Part shown: one piece after another, positions 1 to 10,146 of the stretch
Position numbering within the stretch: the stretch's first letter is position 1
How the letters are laid out: the number at the start of each line of letters is the position of its first letter
Source of the DNA: Escherichia coli
GTDB taxonomy: Bacteria > Pseudomonadota > Gammaproteobacteria > Enterobacterales > Enterobacteriaceae
Assembly: GCF_003334785.1 (NCBI RefSeq)
Contig: NZ_QOWV01000002.1
Direction: 5' to 3' (one strand)
DNA length: 64,000 bases
Translations under genes and position numbers: made by a program
The notes under the pieces: generated by a model
Told to the model about the DNA's origin: nothing
The model's database searches: none
The model's input: the letters and a program-made list of their open reading frames with translations, nothing else

Positions 1-461
1 CTGACGCAGGCGAGGTTCTCTGGCAAGGGCAGCCCTTGCATCAGGTACGCGACAGCTACCATCAAAACCTGTTATGGATAGGCCATCAGCCGGGGATCAA
101 AACCCGGCTGACGGCGTTAGAAAATCTGCACTTTTATCATCGCGATGGCGATACCGCACAATGTCTGGAAGCCCTGGCGCAGGCCGGGCTTGCCGGATTC
201 GAAGATATTCCTGTAAATCAGCTCTCGGCCGGGCAACAACGCCGCGTCGCTTTAGCGCGTCTGTGGCTGACCCGTGCCACGTTATGGATCCTCGACGAGC
301 CTTTTACCGCGATTGACGTTAACGGTGTCGATCGTCTGACCCAGCGTATGGCGCAGCATACGGAGCAGGGGGGGATTGTGATTCTGACTACCCACCAGCC
401 GCTCAACGTTGCTGAAAGTAAAATTCGCCGCATTTCACTGACGCAAACGAGGGCCGCATGA
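1..461 (+). CDS. ccmA: Cytochrome c biogenesis heme exporter ATP-binding subunit CcmA, 3' partial (5' end lies outside the window; first full codon at 3)
   Basis: In-frame translation from position 3 gives ...[31 protein letters not shown]...[15 protein letters not shown]...[10 protein letters not shown], an ABC signature and Walker B; stop overlaps the ccmB start. Confidence 0.93.
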   Translation, partial: DAGEVLWQGQPLHQVRDSYHQNLLWIGHQPGIKTRLTALENLHFYHRDGDTAQCLEALAQAGLAGFEDIPVNQLSAGQQRRVALARLWLTRATLWILDEPFTAIDVNGVDRLTQRMAQHTEQGGIVILTTHQPLNVAESKIRRISLTQTRAA

Positions 462-1120
462 TGTTCTGGCGCATTTTCCGTCTTGAGCTGCGTGTAGCGT
501 TTCGCCATAGCGCCGAAATCGCCAACCCGCTGTGGTTCTTCCTGATTGTAATTACCCTTTTTCCGCTCAGTATCGGTCCGGAGCCGCAACTGCTGGCGCG
601 TATTGCACCGGGCATTATCTGGGTTGCTGCGCTGCTTTCATCCTTGCTGGCGCTGGAACGACTGTTCCGTGACGATTTGCAGGACGGCAGTCTTGAACAA
701 TTGATGTTGTTGCCGTTACCCTTGCCCGCCGTTGTGCTGGCGAAGGTGATGGCGCACTGGATGGTAACCGGTCTGCCGTTACTCATCCTTTCGCCACTGG
801 TAGCAATGCTACTGGGAATGGATGTTTATGGCTGGCAAGTGATGGCGCTGACGCTGCTGCTGGGAACGCCTACGCTTGGCTTTCTCGGTGCACCGGGCGT
901 GGCGCTGACAGTGGGACTTAAGCGCGGTGGTGTGCTGCTCAGCATACTGGTGTTACCGCTGACTATCCCATTACTCATCTTTGCCACCGCCGCGATGGAC
1001 GCGGCTTCTATGCATTTGCCCGTTGACGGGTATCTGGCAATTTTAGGCGCGTTGCTGGCAGGCACCGCGACATTAAGTCCTTTTGCGACGGCGGCAGCGT
1101 TACGAATCAGCATTCAATAA
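458..1120 (+). CDS. ccmB: Heme exporter permease CcmB
   Basis: 220-aa hydrophobic ORF starting [15 protein letters not shown]; ATGA overlap with ccmA. Confidence 0.95.
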
Positions 1121-1161
1121 CGCTGGATTACTGATTTTTGTTCGAGTCTGGTATCGAAACT

Positions 1162-1899
1162 ATGTGGAAAACACTGCATCAACTGGCGATCCCACCACGG
1201 CTGTATCAAATCTGTGGCTGGTTTATACCGTGGCTGGCAATTGCCAGTGTGGTCGTGCTTACCGTCGGCTGGATCTGGGGATTCGGCTTTGCTCCGGCTG
1301 ATTATCAGCAGGGAAATAGCTACCGCATTATCTACCTGCATGTGCCTGCGGCGATCTGGTCGATGGGCATTTATGCATCAATGGCAGTGGCAGCGTTTAT
1401 TGGCCTTGTCTGGCAGATGAAAATGGCCAACCTGGCGGTGGCGGCGATGGCCCCCATTGGTGCCGTGTTTACCTTTATTGCCCTGGTTACCGGCTCTGCA
1501 TGGGGAAAACCGATGTGGGGCACCTGGTGGGTATGGGATGCACGTCTGACTTCTGAACTGGTGCTGCTGTTTTTGTATGTGGGTGTGATTGCCCTGTGGC
1601 ACGCCTTCGACGACCGCCGTCTGGCGGGCCGTGCGGCAGGTATCCTGGTGCTGATTGGCGTGGTGAATCTGCCGATTATTCATTACTCCGTGGAGTGGTG
1701 GAACACCCTGCATCAGGGATCAACGCGGATGCAGCAAAGTATCGATCCGGCGATGCGTTCGCCGCTGCGCTGGTCGATTTTTGGCTTCCTGCTCCTGTCT
1801 GCCACGCTGACGCTGATGCGGATGCGTAATTTGATTTTGCTGATGGAAAAACGCCGTCCGTGGGTGAGTGAACTGATACTGAAAAGAGGCCGTAAATGA
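1162..1899 (+). CDS. ccmC: Heme exporter protein CcmC
   Basis: 245 aa from the ATG at 1162 (MWKTLHQLAIPP...); the track ORF begins earlier at an in-frame TTG. WWD-type motif WGTWWVWDARL present. Confidence 0.93.
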   Translation: MWKTLHQLAIPPRLYQICGWFIPWLAIASVVVLTVGWIWGFGFAPADYQQGNSYRIIYLHVPAAIWSMGIYASMAVAAFIGLVWQMKMANLAVAAMAPIGAVFTFIALVTGSAWGKPMWGTWWVWDARLTSELVLLFLYVGVIALWHAFDDRRLAGRAAGILVLIGVVNLPIIHYSVEWWNTLHQGSTRMQQSIDPAMRSPLRWSIFGFLLLSATLTLMRMRNLILLMEKRRPWVSELILKRGRK

Positions 1900-2105
1900 C
1901 CCCTGCATTTGCTTCCTGGAATGAATTTTTCGCAATGGGCGGTTACGCCTTTTTTGTCTGGCTGGCGGTGGTGATGACCGTTATTCCGCTGGTGGTTTTG
2001 GTCGTGCACTCGGTGATGCAACATCGCGCAATTCTGCGTGGCGTGGCGCAACAGCGGGCGCGTGAGGCGCGTTTACGTGCTGCGCAACAGCAGGAGGCTG
2101 CATGA
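1896..2105 (+). CDS. ccmD: Heme exporter small subunit CcmD
   Basis: 69-aa single-TM ORF ([26 protein letters not shown]...); ATGA overlap with ccmC. Confidence 0.93.
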
Positions 2106-2581
2106 ATATTCGCCGTAAAAACCGCTTGTGGATTGCCTGTGCCGTGTTGGCAGGGCTGGCGCTGACTATCGGTCTGGTGCTATATGCGCTGCGCTCGAAT
2201 ATCGATCTCTTTTATACGCCGGGGGAAATTCTCTACGGCAAGCGTGAAACTCAGCAAATGCCGGAAGTCGGTCAGCGTCTGCGCGTTGGCGGGATGGTGA
2301 TGCCGGGTAGTGTGCAGCGCGATCCCAATTCGCTGAAAGTGACCTTCACCATTTACGATGCTGAAGGCTCAGTGGATGTCTCTTACGAAGGCATTTTGCC
2401 GGATCTGTTCCGTGAAGGGCAGGGCGTTGTGGTGCAGGGCGAACTGGAAAAAGGCAATCATATCCTCGCGAAAGAAGTGCTGGCGAAACACGATGAAAAC
2501 TATACGCCGCCAGAAGTTGAGAAAGCGATGGAAGCTAACCACCGTCGCCCGGCGAGTGTTTATAAGGACCCAGCATCATGA
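2102..2581 (+). CDS. ccmE: Periplasmic heme chaperone CcmE
   Basis: 159 aa, [44 protein letters not shown]...; ATGA overlap with ccmD. Confidence 0.95.
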
Positions 2582-4521
2582 TGCCAGAAATTGGTAACGG
2601 ACTGCTGTGCCTGGCGCTGGGAATTGCGCTGCTGCTGTCCGTGTATCCGCTATGGGGCGTGGCGCGCGGAGATGCGCGCATGATGGCGTCTTCCCGCTTG
2701 TTTGCCTGGCTGCTGTTTATGTCTGTGGCTGGCGCATTTCTGGTGCTGGTCAATGCTTTCGTGGTCAACGACTTCACCGTCACCTATGTTGCCAGCAACT
2801 CCAATACCCAGCTTCCGGTGTGGTATCGCGTGGCGGCTACCTGGGGCGCGCATGAAGGCTCGCTACTGCTGTGGGTGCTGCTGATGAGCGGCTGGACCTT
2901 TGCGGTGGCGATTTTTAGTCAGCGTATTCCGCTGGATATTGTGGCCCGTGTACTGGCGATAATGGGGATGGTCAGTGTCGGCTTTTTGCTGTTCATTCTC
3001 TTTACCTCTAACCCGTTCTCTCGCACGTTGCCGAACTTCCCGATTGAAGGTCGCGATCTTAACCCGCTATTGCAGGATCCGGGGCTGATCTTCCATCCGC
3101 CTCTGCTTTATATGGGGTACGTGGGTTTCTCGGTGGCGTTTGCTTTTGCCATTGCTTCTTTGCTGAGCGGGCGTCTGGACAGCACTTATGCGCGTTTTAC
3201 TCGTCCGTGGACGCTGGCAGCGTGGATCTTCCTGACGCTCGGCATCGTGCTCGGTTCCGCATGGGCCTATTACGAACTCGGCTGGGGTGGCTGGTGGTTC
3301 TGGGATCCGGTAGAAAACGCCTCGTTTATGCCGTGGCTGGTGGGGACTGCGCTGATGCACTCACTGGCGGTCACTGAACAACGCGCCAGCTTCAAAGCGT
3401 GGACATTACTGCTGGCAATCAGTGCCTTCTCGTTGTGTCTGTTGGGGACTTTCCTCGTGCGTTCCGGCGTGCTGGTATCGGTACACGCGTTTGCGTCTGA
3501 TCCGGCGCGCGGTATGTTTATCCTCGCCTTTATGGTGCTGGTGATTGGCGGTTCGCTGCTGCTGTTTGCCGCGCGTGGACACAAAGTTCGCTCACGCGTA
3601 AACAATGCGCTGTGGTCGCGGGAATCTTTGCTGTTAGCGAACAATGTTTTGCTGGTCGCTGCGATGCTGGTGGTGTTGCTGGGGACGCTGCTGCCGTTGG
3701 TGCATAAGCAACTGGGACTGGGCAGTATTTCGATTGGCGAACCGTTCTTCAACACCATGTTTACCTGGCTGATGGTGCCGTTTGCGCTACTGCTTGGTGT
3801 CGGTCCTCTGGTGCGCTGGGGGCGGGATCGCCCGCGTAAGATCCGCAATTTATTGATTATCGCCTTCATCTCTACGCTGGTGCTGTCGCTGCTGTTGCCG
3901 TGGCTGTTCGAAAGCAAAGTTGTGGCGATGACGGTGCTCGGCCTGGCAATGGCCTGCTGGATTGCGGTGCTGGCAATTGCGGAAGCTGCGCTACGTATTT
4001 CACGCGGCACGAAAACCACCTTCAGTTATTGGGGGATGGTGGCGGCTCACCTTGGGCTGGCAGTGACAATTGTTGGCATTGCCTTTAGCCAGAACTATAG
4101 CGTTGAGCGTGATGTGCGCATGAAGTCCGGCGATAGCGTCGATATTCATGAATATCGCTTCACCTTCCGTGATGTCAAAGAGGTGACTGGCCCGAACTGG
4201 CGTGGCGGTGTGGCGACTATCGGCGTAACGCGCGATGGCAAGCCGGAAACGGTGCTGTATGCGGAAAAACGTTATTACAACACTGCCGGGTCGATGATGA
4301 CCGAAGCGGCAATTGACGGCGGCATCACGCGTGACCTGTACGCGGCCCTCGGTGAAGAGCTGGAAAACGGCGCGTGGGCCGTGCGTCTTTACTACAAACC
4401 ATTTGTTCGCTGGATTTGGGCGGGCGGGCTGATGATGGCGTTGGGCGGACTGCTGTGTCTGTTTGATCCTCGCTATCGTAAGCGCGTGAGTCCGCAAAAA
4501 ACTGCGCCGGAGGCCGTATGA
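2578..4521 (+). CDS. ccmF: Cytochrome c-type biogenesis protein CcmF (heme lyase component)
   Basis: 647-aa polytopic membrane [23 protein letters not shown]...; ATGA overlap with ccmE. Confidence 0.95.
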
Positions 4522-5075
4522 AGCGCAAAGTATTGTTAATTCCGTTGATTATCTTCCTGGCGATTGCCGCGGCGCTGCTGTGGCAGCTGGCGCGTAATGC
4601 CGAAGGGGATGATCCGACCAATCTGGAATCGGCGCTCATTGGCAAGCCTGTGCCGAAGTTTCGTCTCGAATCACTGGACAATCCGGGGCAGTTTTATCAG
4701 GCGGATGTGCTGACTCAGGGCAAACCAGTACTGCTTAACGTCTGGGCGACCTGGTGTCCGACCTGCCGTGCGGAACATCAATATCTGAATCAGCTTTCTG
4801 CGCAGGGCATCCGCGTGGTCGGCATGAACTATAAAGACGATCGCCAGAAGGCAATCAGCTGGCTGAAAGAGCTGGGCAATCCTTACGCGCTAAGCCTGTT
4901 TGATGGCGATGGCATGTTAGGGCTGGATCTCGGTGTCTATGGCGCGCCAGAAACGTTTCTTATTGACGGCAACGGCATCATTCGCTATCGCCATGCGGGC
5001 GATCTGAATCCTCGCGTCTGGGAAGAAGAGATCAAGCCGCTGTGGGAGAAATACAGTAAGGAGGCCGCACAATGA
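4518..5075 (+). CDS. ccmG: Thiol:disulfide interchange protein CcmG/DsbE
   Basis: 185 aa with thioredoxin motif WATWCPTC; ATGA overlap with ccmF. Confidence 0.95.
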   Translation: MKRKVLLIPLIIFLAIAAALLWQLARNAEGDDPTNLESALIGKPVPKFRLESLDNPGQFYQADVLTQGKPVLLNVWATWCPTCRAEHQYLNQLSAQGIRVVGMNYKDDRQKAISWLKELGNPYALSLFDGDGMLGLDLGVYGAPETFLIDGNGIIRYRHAGDLNPRVWEEEIKPLWEKYSKEAAQ

Positions 5076-6124
5076 GGTTTTTATTGGGCGTGCTGATGCT
5101 GATGATCTCCGGCTCAGCGCTGGCGACCATCGATGTGTTGCAGTTTAAAGATGAAGCACAGGAACAACAGTTCCGTCAGCTCACTGAAGAACTGCGCTGC
5201 CCGAAATGCCAGAACAACAGCATTGCCGATTCCAACTCGATGATTGCCACCGACCTGCGTCAGAAAGTGTATGAACTGATGCAGGAAGGTAAAAGTAAAA
5301 AAGAGATTGTCGATTATATGGTGGCGCGTTACGGCAACTTCGTCACTTACGATCCGCCGTTAACGCCGCTGACCGTGCTGCTGTGGGTGCTGCCAGTAGT
5401 GGCTATTGGCATTGGCGGTTGGGTCATATACGCCCGCTCGCGGCGTCGGGTACGCGTGGTGCCGGAAGCGTTTCCTGAACAAAGCGTGCCGGAAGGTAAG
5501 CGTGCCGGATATGTTGTTTATCTGCCGGGTATTGTGGTGGCGTTAATTGTGGCTGGCGTCAGCTACTACCAGACTGGCAATTATCAGCAGGTGAAAATCT
5601 GGCAGCAGGCCACGGCACAGGCTCCGGCGTTGCTGGACAGGGCGCTGGATCCGAAAGCCGATCCGCTCAACGAAGAAGAGATGTCGCGTCTTGCGCTGGG
5701 GATGCGTACTCAACTGCAAAAAAATCCGGGAGATATAGAAGGCTGGATTATGTTGGGCCGCGTTGGCATGGCGCTGGGTAACGCCAGTATCGCCACCGAT
5801 GCATACGCCACTGCGTATCGCCTCGATCCGAAAAACAGTGATGCTGCACTGGGATACGCTGAAGCGTTGACTCGTTCATCTGATCCCAACGACAACCGCC
5901 TCGGCGGTGAACTGCTACGTCAGCTGGTGAGAACGGACCATAGCAATATCCGTGTGCTAAGCATGTATGCGTTTAATGCCTTTGAGCAGCAGCGATTTGG
6001 CGAAGCCGTTGCCGCGTGGGAGATGATGTTGAAACTCTTACCTGCCAACGATACTCGCCGTGCGGTGATTGAACGTAGTATCGCGCAGGCGATGCAACAT
6101 TTGTCGCCGCAGGAGAGTAAATAA
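5072..6124 (+). CDS. ccmH: Cytochrome c-type biogenesis protein CcmH
   Basis: 350 aa with LRCPKCQNNSIADS motif and a TPR-like C-terminal half; ATGA overlap with ccmG. Confidence 0.95.
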   Translation: MRFLLGVLMLMISGSALATIDVLQFKDEAQEQQFRQLTEELRCPKCQNNSIADSNSMIATDLRQKVYELMQEGKSKKEIVDYMVARYGNFVTYDPPLTPLTVLLWVLPVVAIGIGGWVIYARSRRRVRVVPEAFPEQSVPEGKRAGYVVYLPGIVVALIVAGVSYYQTGNYQQVKIWQQATAQAPALLDRALDPKADPLNEEEMSRLALGMRTQLQKNPGDIEGWIMLGRVGMALGNASIATDAYATAYRLDPKNSDAALGYAEALTRSSDPNDNRLGGELLRQLVRTDHSNIRVLSMYAFNAFEQQRFGEAVAAWEMMLKLLPANDTRRAVIERSIAQAMQHLSPQESK

Positions 6125-6183
6125 AAAGAGGCCCGATGGTGATGCCATCGGGCTAGACTGTTGACAAAGTGCGCTTAGTTTAT

Positions 6184-6283
6184 GCCGGATGCGGCGTGAA
6201 CGCCTTATCCGGCCTACAAAATTGTGTAAATTCAATAAATTGATCGATCCACGTAGGCCTGATAAGCGTAGCGCATCAGGCAG
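6184..6283. repeat. BIME: two REP elements in inverted orientation between ccmH and narP
   Basis: gccggatgcggcgtgaacgccttatccggcctaca (6184-6218) and gtaggcctgataagcgtagcgcatcaggcag (6253-6283), typical REP palindromes. Confidence 0.8.
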
Positions 6284-6305
6284 TTTTGCGTTTGTCATAA
6301 ATCTC

Positions 6306-6339
6306 AGCCCGATGATAAATCCATCGGGCTATTTTTATT
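6306..6339 (+). terminator. Hairpin plus T-tract at the narP 3' end; candidate intrinsic terminator for nap-ccm read-through
   Basis: agcccgatg / catcgggct 9-bp stem, 7-nt loop, followed by atttttatt; the T-tract overlaps the narP stop codon on the opposite strand. Confidence 0.5.
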
Positions 6340-6982
6340 GTGCCCCGCGTTGTTGCAGGAACAGAATGGTGGCCGCCACGCGTGAGCGGACATTGAGTTT
6401 ACGCAGCAGATTGCGAATATGTACTTTTACTGTCTGCTCGGAAATATTCAACACCGAGGCAATCTGTTTATTTGACAGCCCCTGTGCCAGCTCGTGCAGA
6501 ACATCCAGCTCGCGCTCCGTCAGCACGCTGAAGGGATCTTCTTCCGCGCCAAACATTTCACGTTCACGTAAGTACTGATTGACGCGTTCGCTAAAGACTT
6601 TGCTGCCTTTCGCTCCGGCACGAATCGCTTCCAGCAATACTTCCGGGTCGCTGTCTTTCAACAGATAACCGTCTGCGCCTGCGTCTATCAGCGCAAAGAC
6701 ATCGCTGGAGGCATCGGATACGGTCAGGATAATAATTTGCGCGGTAACGCCATCCCTGCGCAAGGCATTGAGAGTATCCAGGCCACTCATACCTTTCATA
6801 TTGAGATCCAGCAAGATCACGTCGATATCCAGTCTATTCGCCAGATCGATAGCGCTCGCGCCGTCGCCCGCTTCGGCGACCACTTCAAAGCCAGGATCAA
6901 GCTCCAGTAACTGACGAACACCGCGTCGCATAAGTGGATGATCATCCACAATCATCACCTGAAAAGGCGTTGCTTCAGGCAT
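6335..6982 (-). CDS. narP: Nitrate/nitrite response regulator NarP
   Basis: 215 aa from the ATG at 6982 (MPEATPFQVMIVDDHPLMRRG...), receiver domain plus LuxR-type HTH; track ORF starts at an upstream alternative codon. Confidence 0.93.
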   Translation of the reverse strand: MPEATPFQVMIVDDHPLMRRGVRQLLELDPGFEVVAEAGDGASAIDLANRLDIDVILLDLNMKGMSGLDTLNALRRDGVTAQIIILTVSDASSDVFALIDAGADGYLLKDSDPEVLLEAIRAGAKGSKVFSERVNQYLREREMFGAEEDPFSVLTERELDVLHELAQGLSNKQIASVLNISEQTVKVHIRNLLRKLNVRSRVAATILFLQQRGAQ

Positions 6983-7301
6983 AGTAGTCTCCTGAGGTTT
7001 TATTAGAATCATTATGTTTGAGCGTAGCGTTGGTAACGCTACCAGGCGCGTGAATGTTACCCCATTTTATGTATGGACATGTAGTGAAAACTACAACCTT
7101 GTCGTTCGCTTTGGCATCATTTTCATTATAAAGACGGAATTTTGCATCAGCTTCTCATCAAGAAAAACAACTAAAAAATCAATCACAATACTTGTGCATT
7201 TCTTTAAACAGTTTTTAAAAACTGACTCCGGGTATGGAGCTATGGGTATTTTCTGTACCCAATGCTTTTAACAGCAATTAATTTCATAGGATGAAAGCTC
7301 A

Positions 7302-9893
7302 ATGCATCAATCTGGTTCTGTTTCTCTTTGTCGTTCCGCAATATCTGTTCTGGTGGCTACAGCGTTATATTCACCCATAGCATTGGCATCAACTGTTGAG
7401 TATGGTGAGACAGTTGATGGTGTTGTCCTGGAAAAAGATATCCAGCTGGTTTATGGGACCGCCAATAATACGAAAATCAATCCTGGCGGAGAACAGCATA
7501 TAAAAGAATTTGGTGTAAGTAATAATACTGAAATTAACGGAGGGTATCAGTACATTGAAATGAATGGCGCCGCAGAATACTCAGTATTAAATGACGGTTA
7601 TCAAATTGTTCAAATGGGTGGCGCGGCAAACCAGACTACGCTCAATAATGGTGTGCTACAGGTTTATGGCGCAGCGAATGATACCACGATTAAAGGCGGG
7701 CGCTTAATCGTTGAAAAAGATGGGGGGGCCGTCTTTGTCGCTATCGAAAAGGGAGGACTACTGGAGGTTAAAGAGGGGGGATTTGCATTTGCGGTAGATC
7801 AGAAAGCAGGCGGTGCTATTAAAACAACCACGCGGGCCATGGAGGTATTCGGAACAAACCGTCTCGGTCAGTTCGATATCAAGAATGGTATTGCTAATAA
7901 TATGTTGTTGGAAAACGGCGGAAGTTTGCGAGTTGAAGAAAATGACTTCGCTTATAATACCACTGTAGATAGTGGCGGCTTACTGGAGGTTATGGATGGC
8001 GGGACTGTAACTGGCGTTGATAAAAAAGCAGGCGGAAAATTAATTGTCTCAACGAATGCGCTGGAAGTGAGTGGTCCAAACAGTAAAGGCCAATTTAGTA
8101 TAAAAGATGGTGTGTCAAAAAATTATGAACTGGATGATGGTTCCGGGCTCATTGTTATGGAGGACACGCAGGCCATTGATACTATCCTTGATAAGCATGC
8201 CACTATGCAATCGCTGGGAAAGGATACTGGTACGAAAGTGCAGGCAAATGCGGTATATGATCTCGGTCGATCATATCAGAATGGAAGTATCACGTATTCC
8301 TCAAAAGCCATCTCTGAAAATATGGTTATCAACAATGGCCGCGCTAACGTCTGGGCTGGCACAATGGTTAACGTTTCAGTCAGAGGGAATGATGGCATTC
8401 TTGAGGTCATGAAGCCGCAAATAAATTATGCACCCGCAATGTTGGTGGGTAAGGTAGTGGTTTCTGAGGGCGCTTCTTTTAGAACGCATGGTGCCGTGGA
8501 TACCAGCAAAGCGGACGTTTCGCTCGAAAATAGCGTATGGACCATCATTGCCGATATCACTACGACGAACCAAAACACCCTCCTCAACTTAGCCAACCTT
8601 GCGATGTCTGACGCAAATGTGATTATGATGGATGAGCCAGTGACTCGTTCATCAGTGACGGCAAGTGCGGAAAATTTCATTACGTTGACCACCAATACCC
8701 TGTCGGGAAACGGCAATTTTTATATGCGTACCGATATGGCTAATCATCAGAGCGATCAGCTCAACGTCACCGGTCAGGCAACAGGTGATTTCAAAATATT
8801 CGTGACGGACACCGGTGCCAGCCCGGCAGCAGGAGATAGCCTTACACTGGTAACAACGGGCGGCGGTGATGCTGCATTTACGTTGGGCAATGCCGGAGGC
8901 GTTGTTGATATCGGTACGTATGAATATACCTTGCTGGATAATGGCAACCATAGCTGGAGTCTGGCAGAGAATCGCGCGCAAATTACCCCTTCAACCACTG
9001 ATGTGCTGAATATGGCGGCCGCACAACCGCTGGTATTTGATGCAGAACTGGACACCGTGCGTGAGCGTCTTGGTAGCGTAAAAGGCGTTAGTTACGATAC
9101 GGCGATGTGGAGTTCGGCAATTAACACCCGCAACAACGTGACCACTGATGCGGGAGCTGGTTTTGAGCAAACATTGACGGGCCTGACGCTCGGTATCGAT
9201 AGCCGTTTCTCCCGTGAAGAAAGCAGTACAATTCGCGGCTTGATCTTTGGTTACTCTCATTCTGATATTGGTTTTGATCGCGGCGGCAAAGGTAATATCG
9301 ATAGCTATACCCTGGGGGCTTATGCCGGTTGGGAGCATCAGAACGGTGCCTATGTTGATGGGGTGGTGAAAGTTGACCGTTTTGCCAACACCATCCATGG
9401 CAAGATGAGTAATGGGGCAACAGCGTTTGGCGATTACAATAGTAACGGCGCGGGTGCTCATGTTGAGAGCGGGTTCCGTTGGGTTGACGGATTGTGGAGT
9501 GTTAGACCCTATCTGGCCTTTACCGGCTTTACCACAGATGGTCAGGACTACACGTTATCAAACGGCATGCGCGCGGATGTGGGAAATACCCGGATATTAC
9601 GCGCTGAAGCGGGAACGGCGGTAAGCTATCACATGGACCTGCAAAACGGTACGACGCTGGAACCCTGGCTGAAAGCGGCCGTGCGTCAGGAATACGCCGA
9701 TTCTAACCAGGTGAAAGTTAATGACGATGGCAAATTTAATAATGATGTGGCTGGAACCAGTGGCGTTTATCAGGCTGGTATAAGGTCATCGTTTACCCCG
9801 ACGTTAAGCGGTCATTTGTCAGTCAGCTATGGCAATAGCGCAGGGGTAGAATCGCCGTGGAATACTCAGGCGGGTGTGGTCTGGACGTTCTGA
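7302..9893 (+). CDS. yejO: Autotransporter (type Va) outer membrane protein YejO, apparently intact
   Basis: 863 aa; N-terminal signal-like segment (SAISVLVATALYSPIALA), repetitive Gly/Asn-rich beta-helix-like passenger, C-terminal beta-barrel ending ...AGVVWTF (aromatic terminal residue). Confidence 0.9.
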   Translation: MHQSGSVSLCRSAISVLVATALYSPIALASTVEYGETVDGVVLEKDIQLVYGTANNTKINPGGEQHIKEFGVSNNTEINGGYQYIEMNGAAEYSVLNDGYQIVQMGGAANQTTLNNGVLQVYGAANDTTIKGGRLIVEKDGGAVFVAIEKGGLLEVKEGGFAFAVDQKAGGAIKTTTRAMEVFGTNRLGQFDIKNGIANNMLLENGGSLRVEENDFAYNTTVDSGGLLEVMDGGTVTGVDKKAGGKLIVSTNALEVSGPNSKGQFSIKDGVSKNYELDDGSGLIVMEDTQAIDTILDKHATMQSLGKDTGTKVQANAVYDLGRSYQNGSITYSSKAISENMVINNGRANVWAGTMVNVSVRGNDGILEVMKPQINYAPAMLVGKVVVSEGASFRTHGAVDTSKADVSLENSVWTIIADITTTNQNTLLNLANLAMSDANVIMMDEPVTRSSVTASAENFITLTTNTLSGNGNFYMRTDMANHQSDQLNVTGQATGDFKIFVTDTGASPAAGDSLTLVTTGGGDAAFTLGNAGGVVDIGTYEYTLLDNGNHSWSLAENRAQITPSTTDVLNMAAAQPLVFDAELDTVRERLGSVKGVSYDTAMWSSAINTRNNVTTDAGAGFEQTLTGLTLGIDSRFSREESSTIRGLIFGYSHSDIGFDRGGKGNIDSYTLGAYAGWEHQNGAYVDGVVKVDRFANTIHGKMSNGATAFGDYNSNGAGAHVESGFRWVDGLWSVRPYLAFTGFTTDGQDYTLSNGMRADVGNTRILRAEAGTAVSYHMDLQNGTTLEPWLKAAVRQEYADSNQVKVNDDGKFNNDVAGTSGVYQAGIRSSFTPTLSGHLSVSYGNSAGVESPWNTQAGVVWTF

Positions 9894-9952
9894 TAACAGA
9901 AAATAAACAGGCTGTGATGTGTCACGGTCTGTTTATCGAATTAATTGCAGAT

Positions 9953-9985
9953 ATAAAAAAACCAACCGTAAGGGTTGGTTTTTTC
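9953..9985. terminator. Bidirectional intrinsic terminator between yejO (+) and proL (-)
   Basis: aaccaacc / ggttggtt 8-bp stem with gtaag loop, flanked by an A-tract upstream and a T-tract downstream. Confidence 0.65.
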
Positions 9986-9995
9986 TTGGGATTTT

Positions 9996-10072
9996 TGGTC
10001 GGCACGAGAGGATTTGAACCTCCGACCCCCGACACCCCATGACGGTGCGCTACCAGGCTGCGCTACGTGCCG
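9996..10072 (-). tRNA. proL: tRNA-Pro (anticodon GGG)
   Basis: Reverse complement reads CGGCACGTAGCGCAGCCTGGTAGCGCACCGTCATGGGGTGTCGGGGGTCGGAGGTTCAAATCCTCTCGTGCCGACCA: cloverleaf with U33-GGG anticodon, T-loop GGTTCAAATCC and encoded CCA. Confidence 0.93.
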
Positions 10073-10146
10073 ACTCGTGGCTGCTAATACTACCGTTTTC
10101 CACACCGATTGCAAGTAAGATATTTCGCTAACTGATTTATAATTAA

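Noticed and set aside
3270-4019. 249-aa minus-strand ORF inside ccmF, and many similar antisense or out-of-frame ORFs in the six-frame track (e.g. 403-786, 8991-9461, 35133-35504, 50165-51016, 55980-56459)
   Set aside because: They lie wholly within well-supported genes on the other strand or frame, have low-complexity Ala/Arg/Ser/Pro-rich translations typical of GC-rich off-frames, and lack plausible starts or RBSs. Treated as non-coding.
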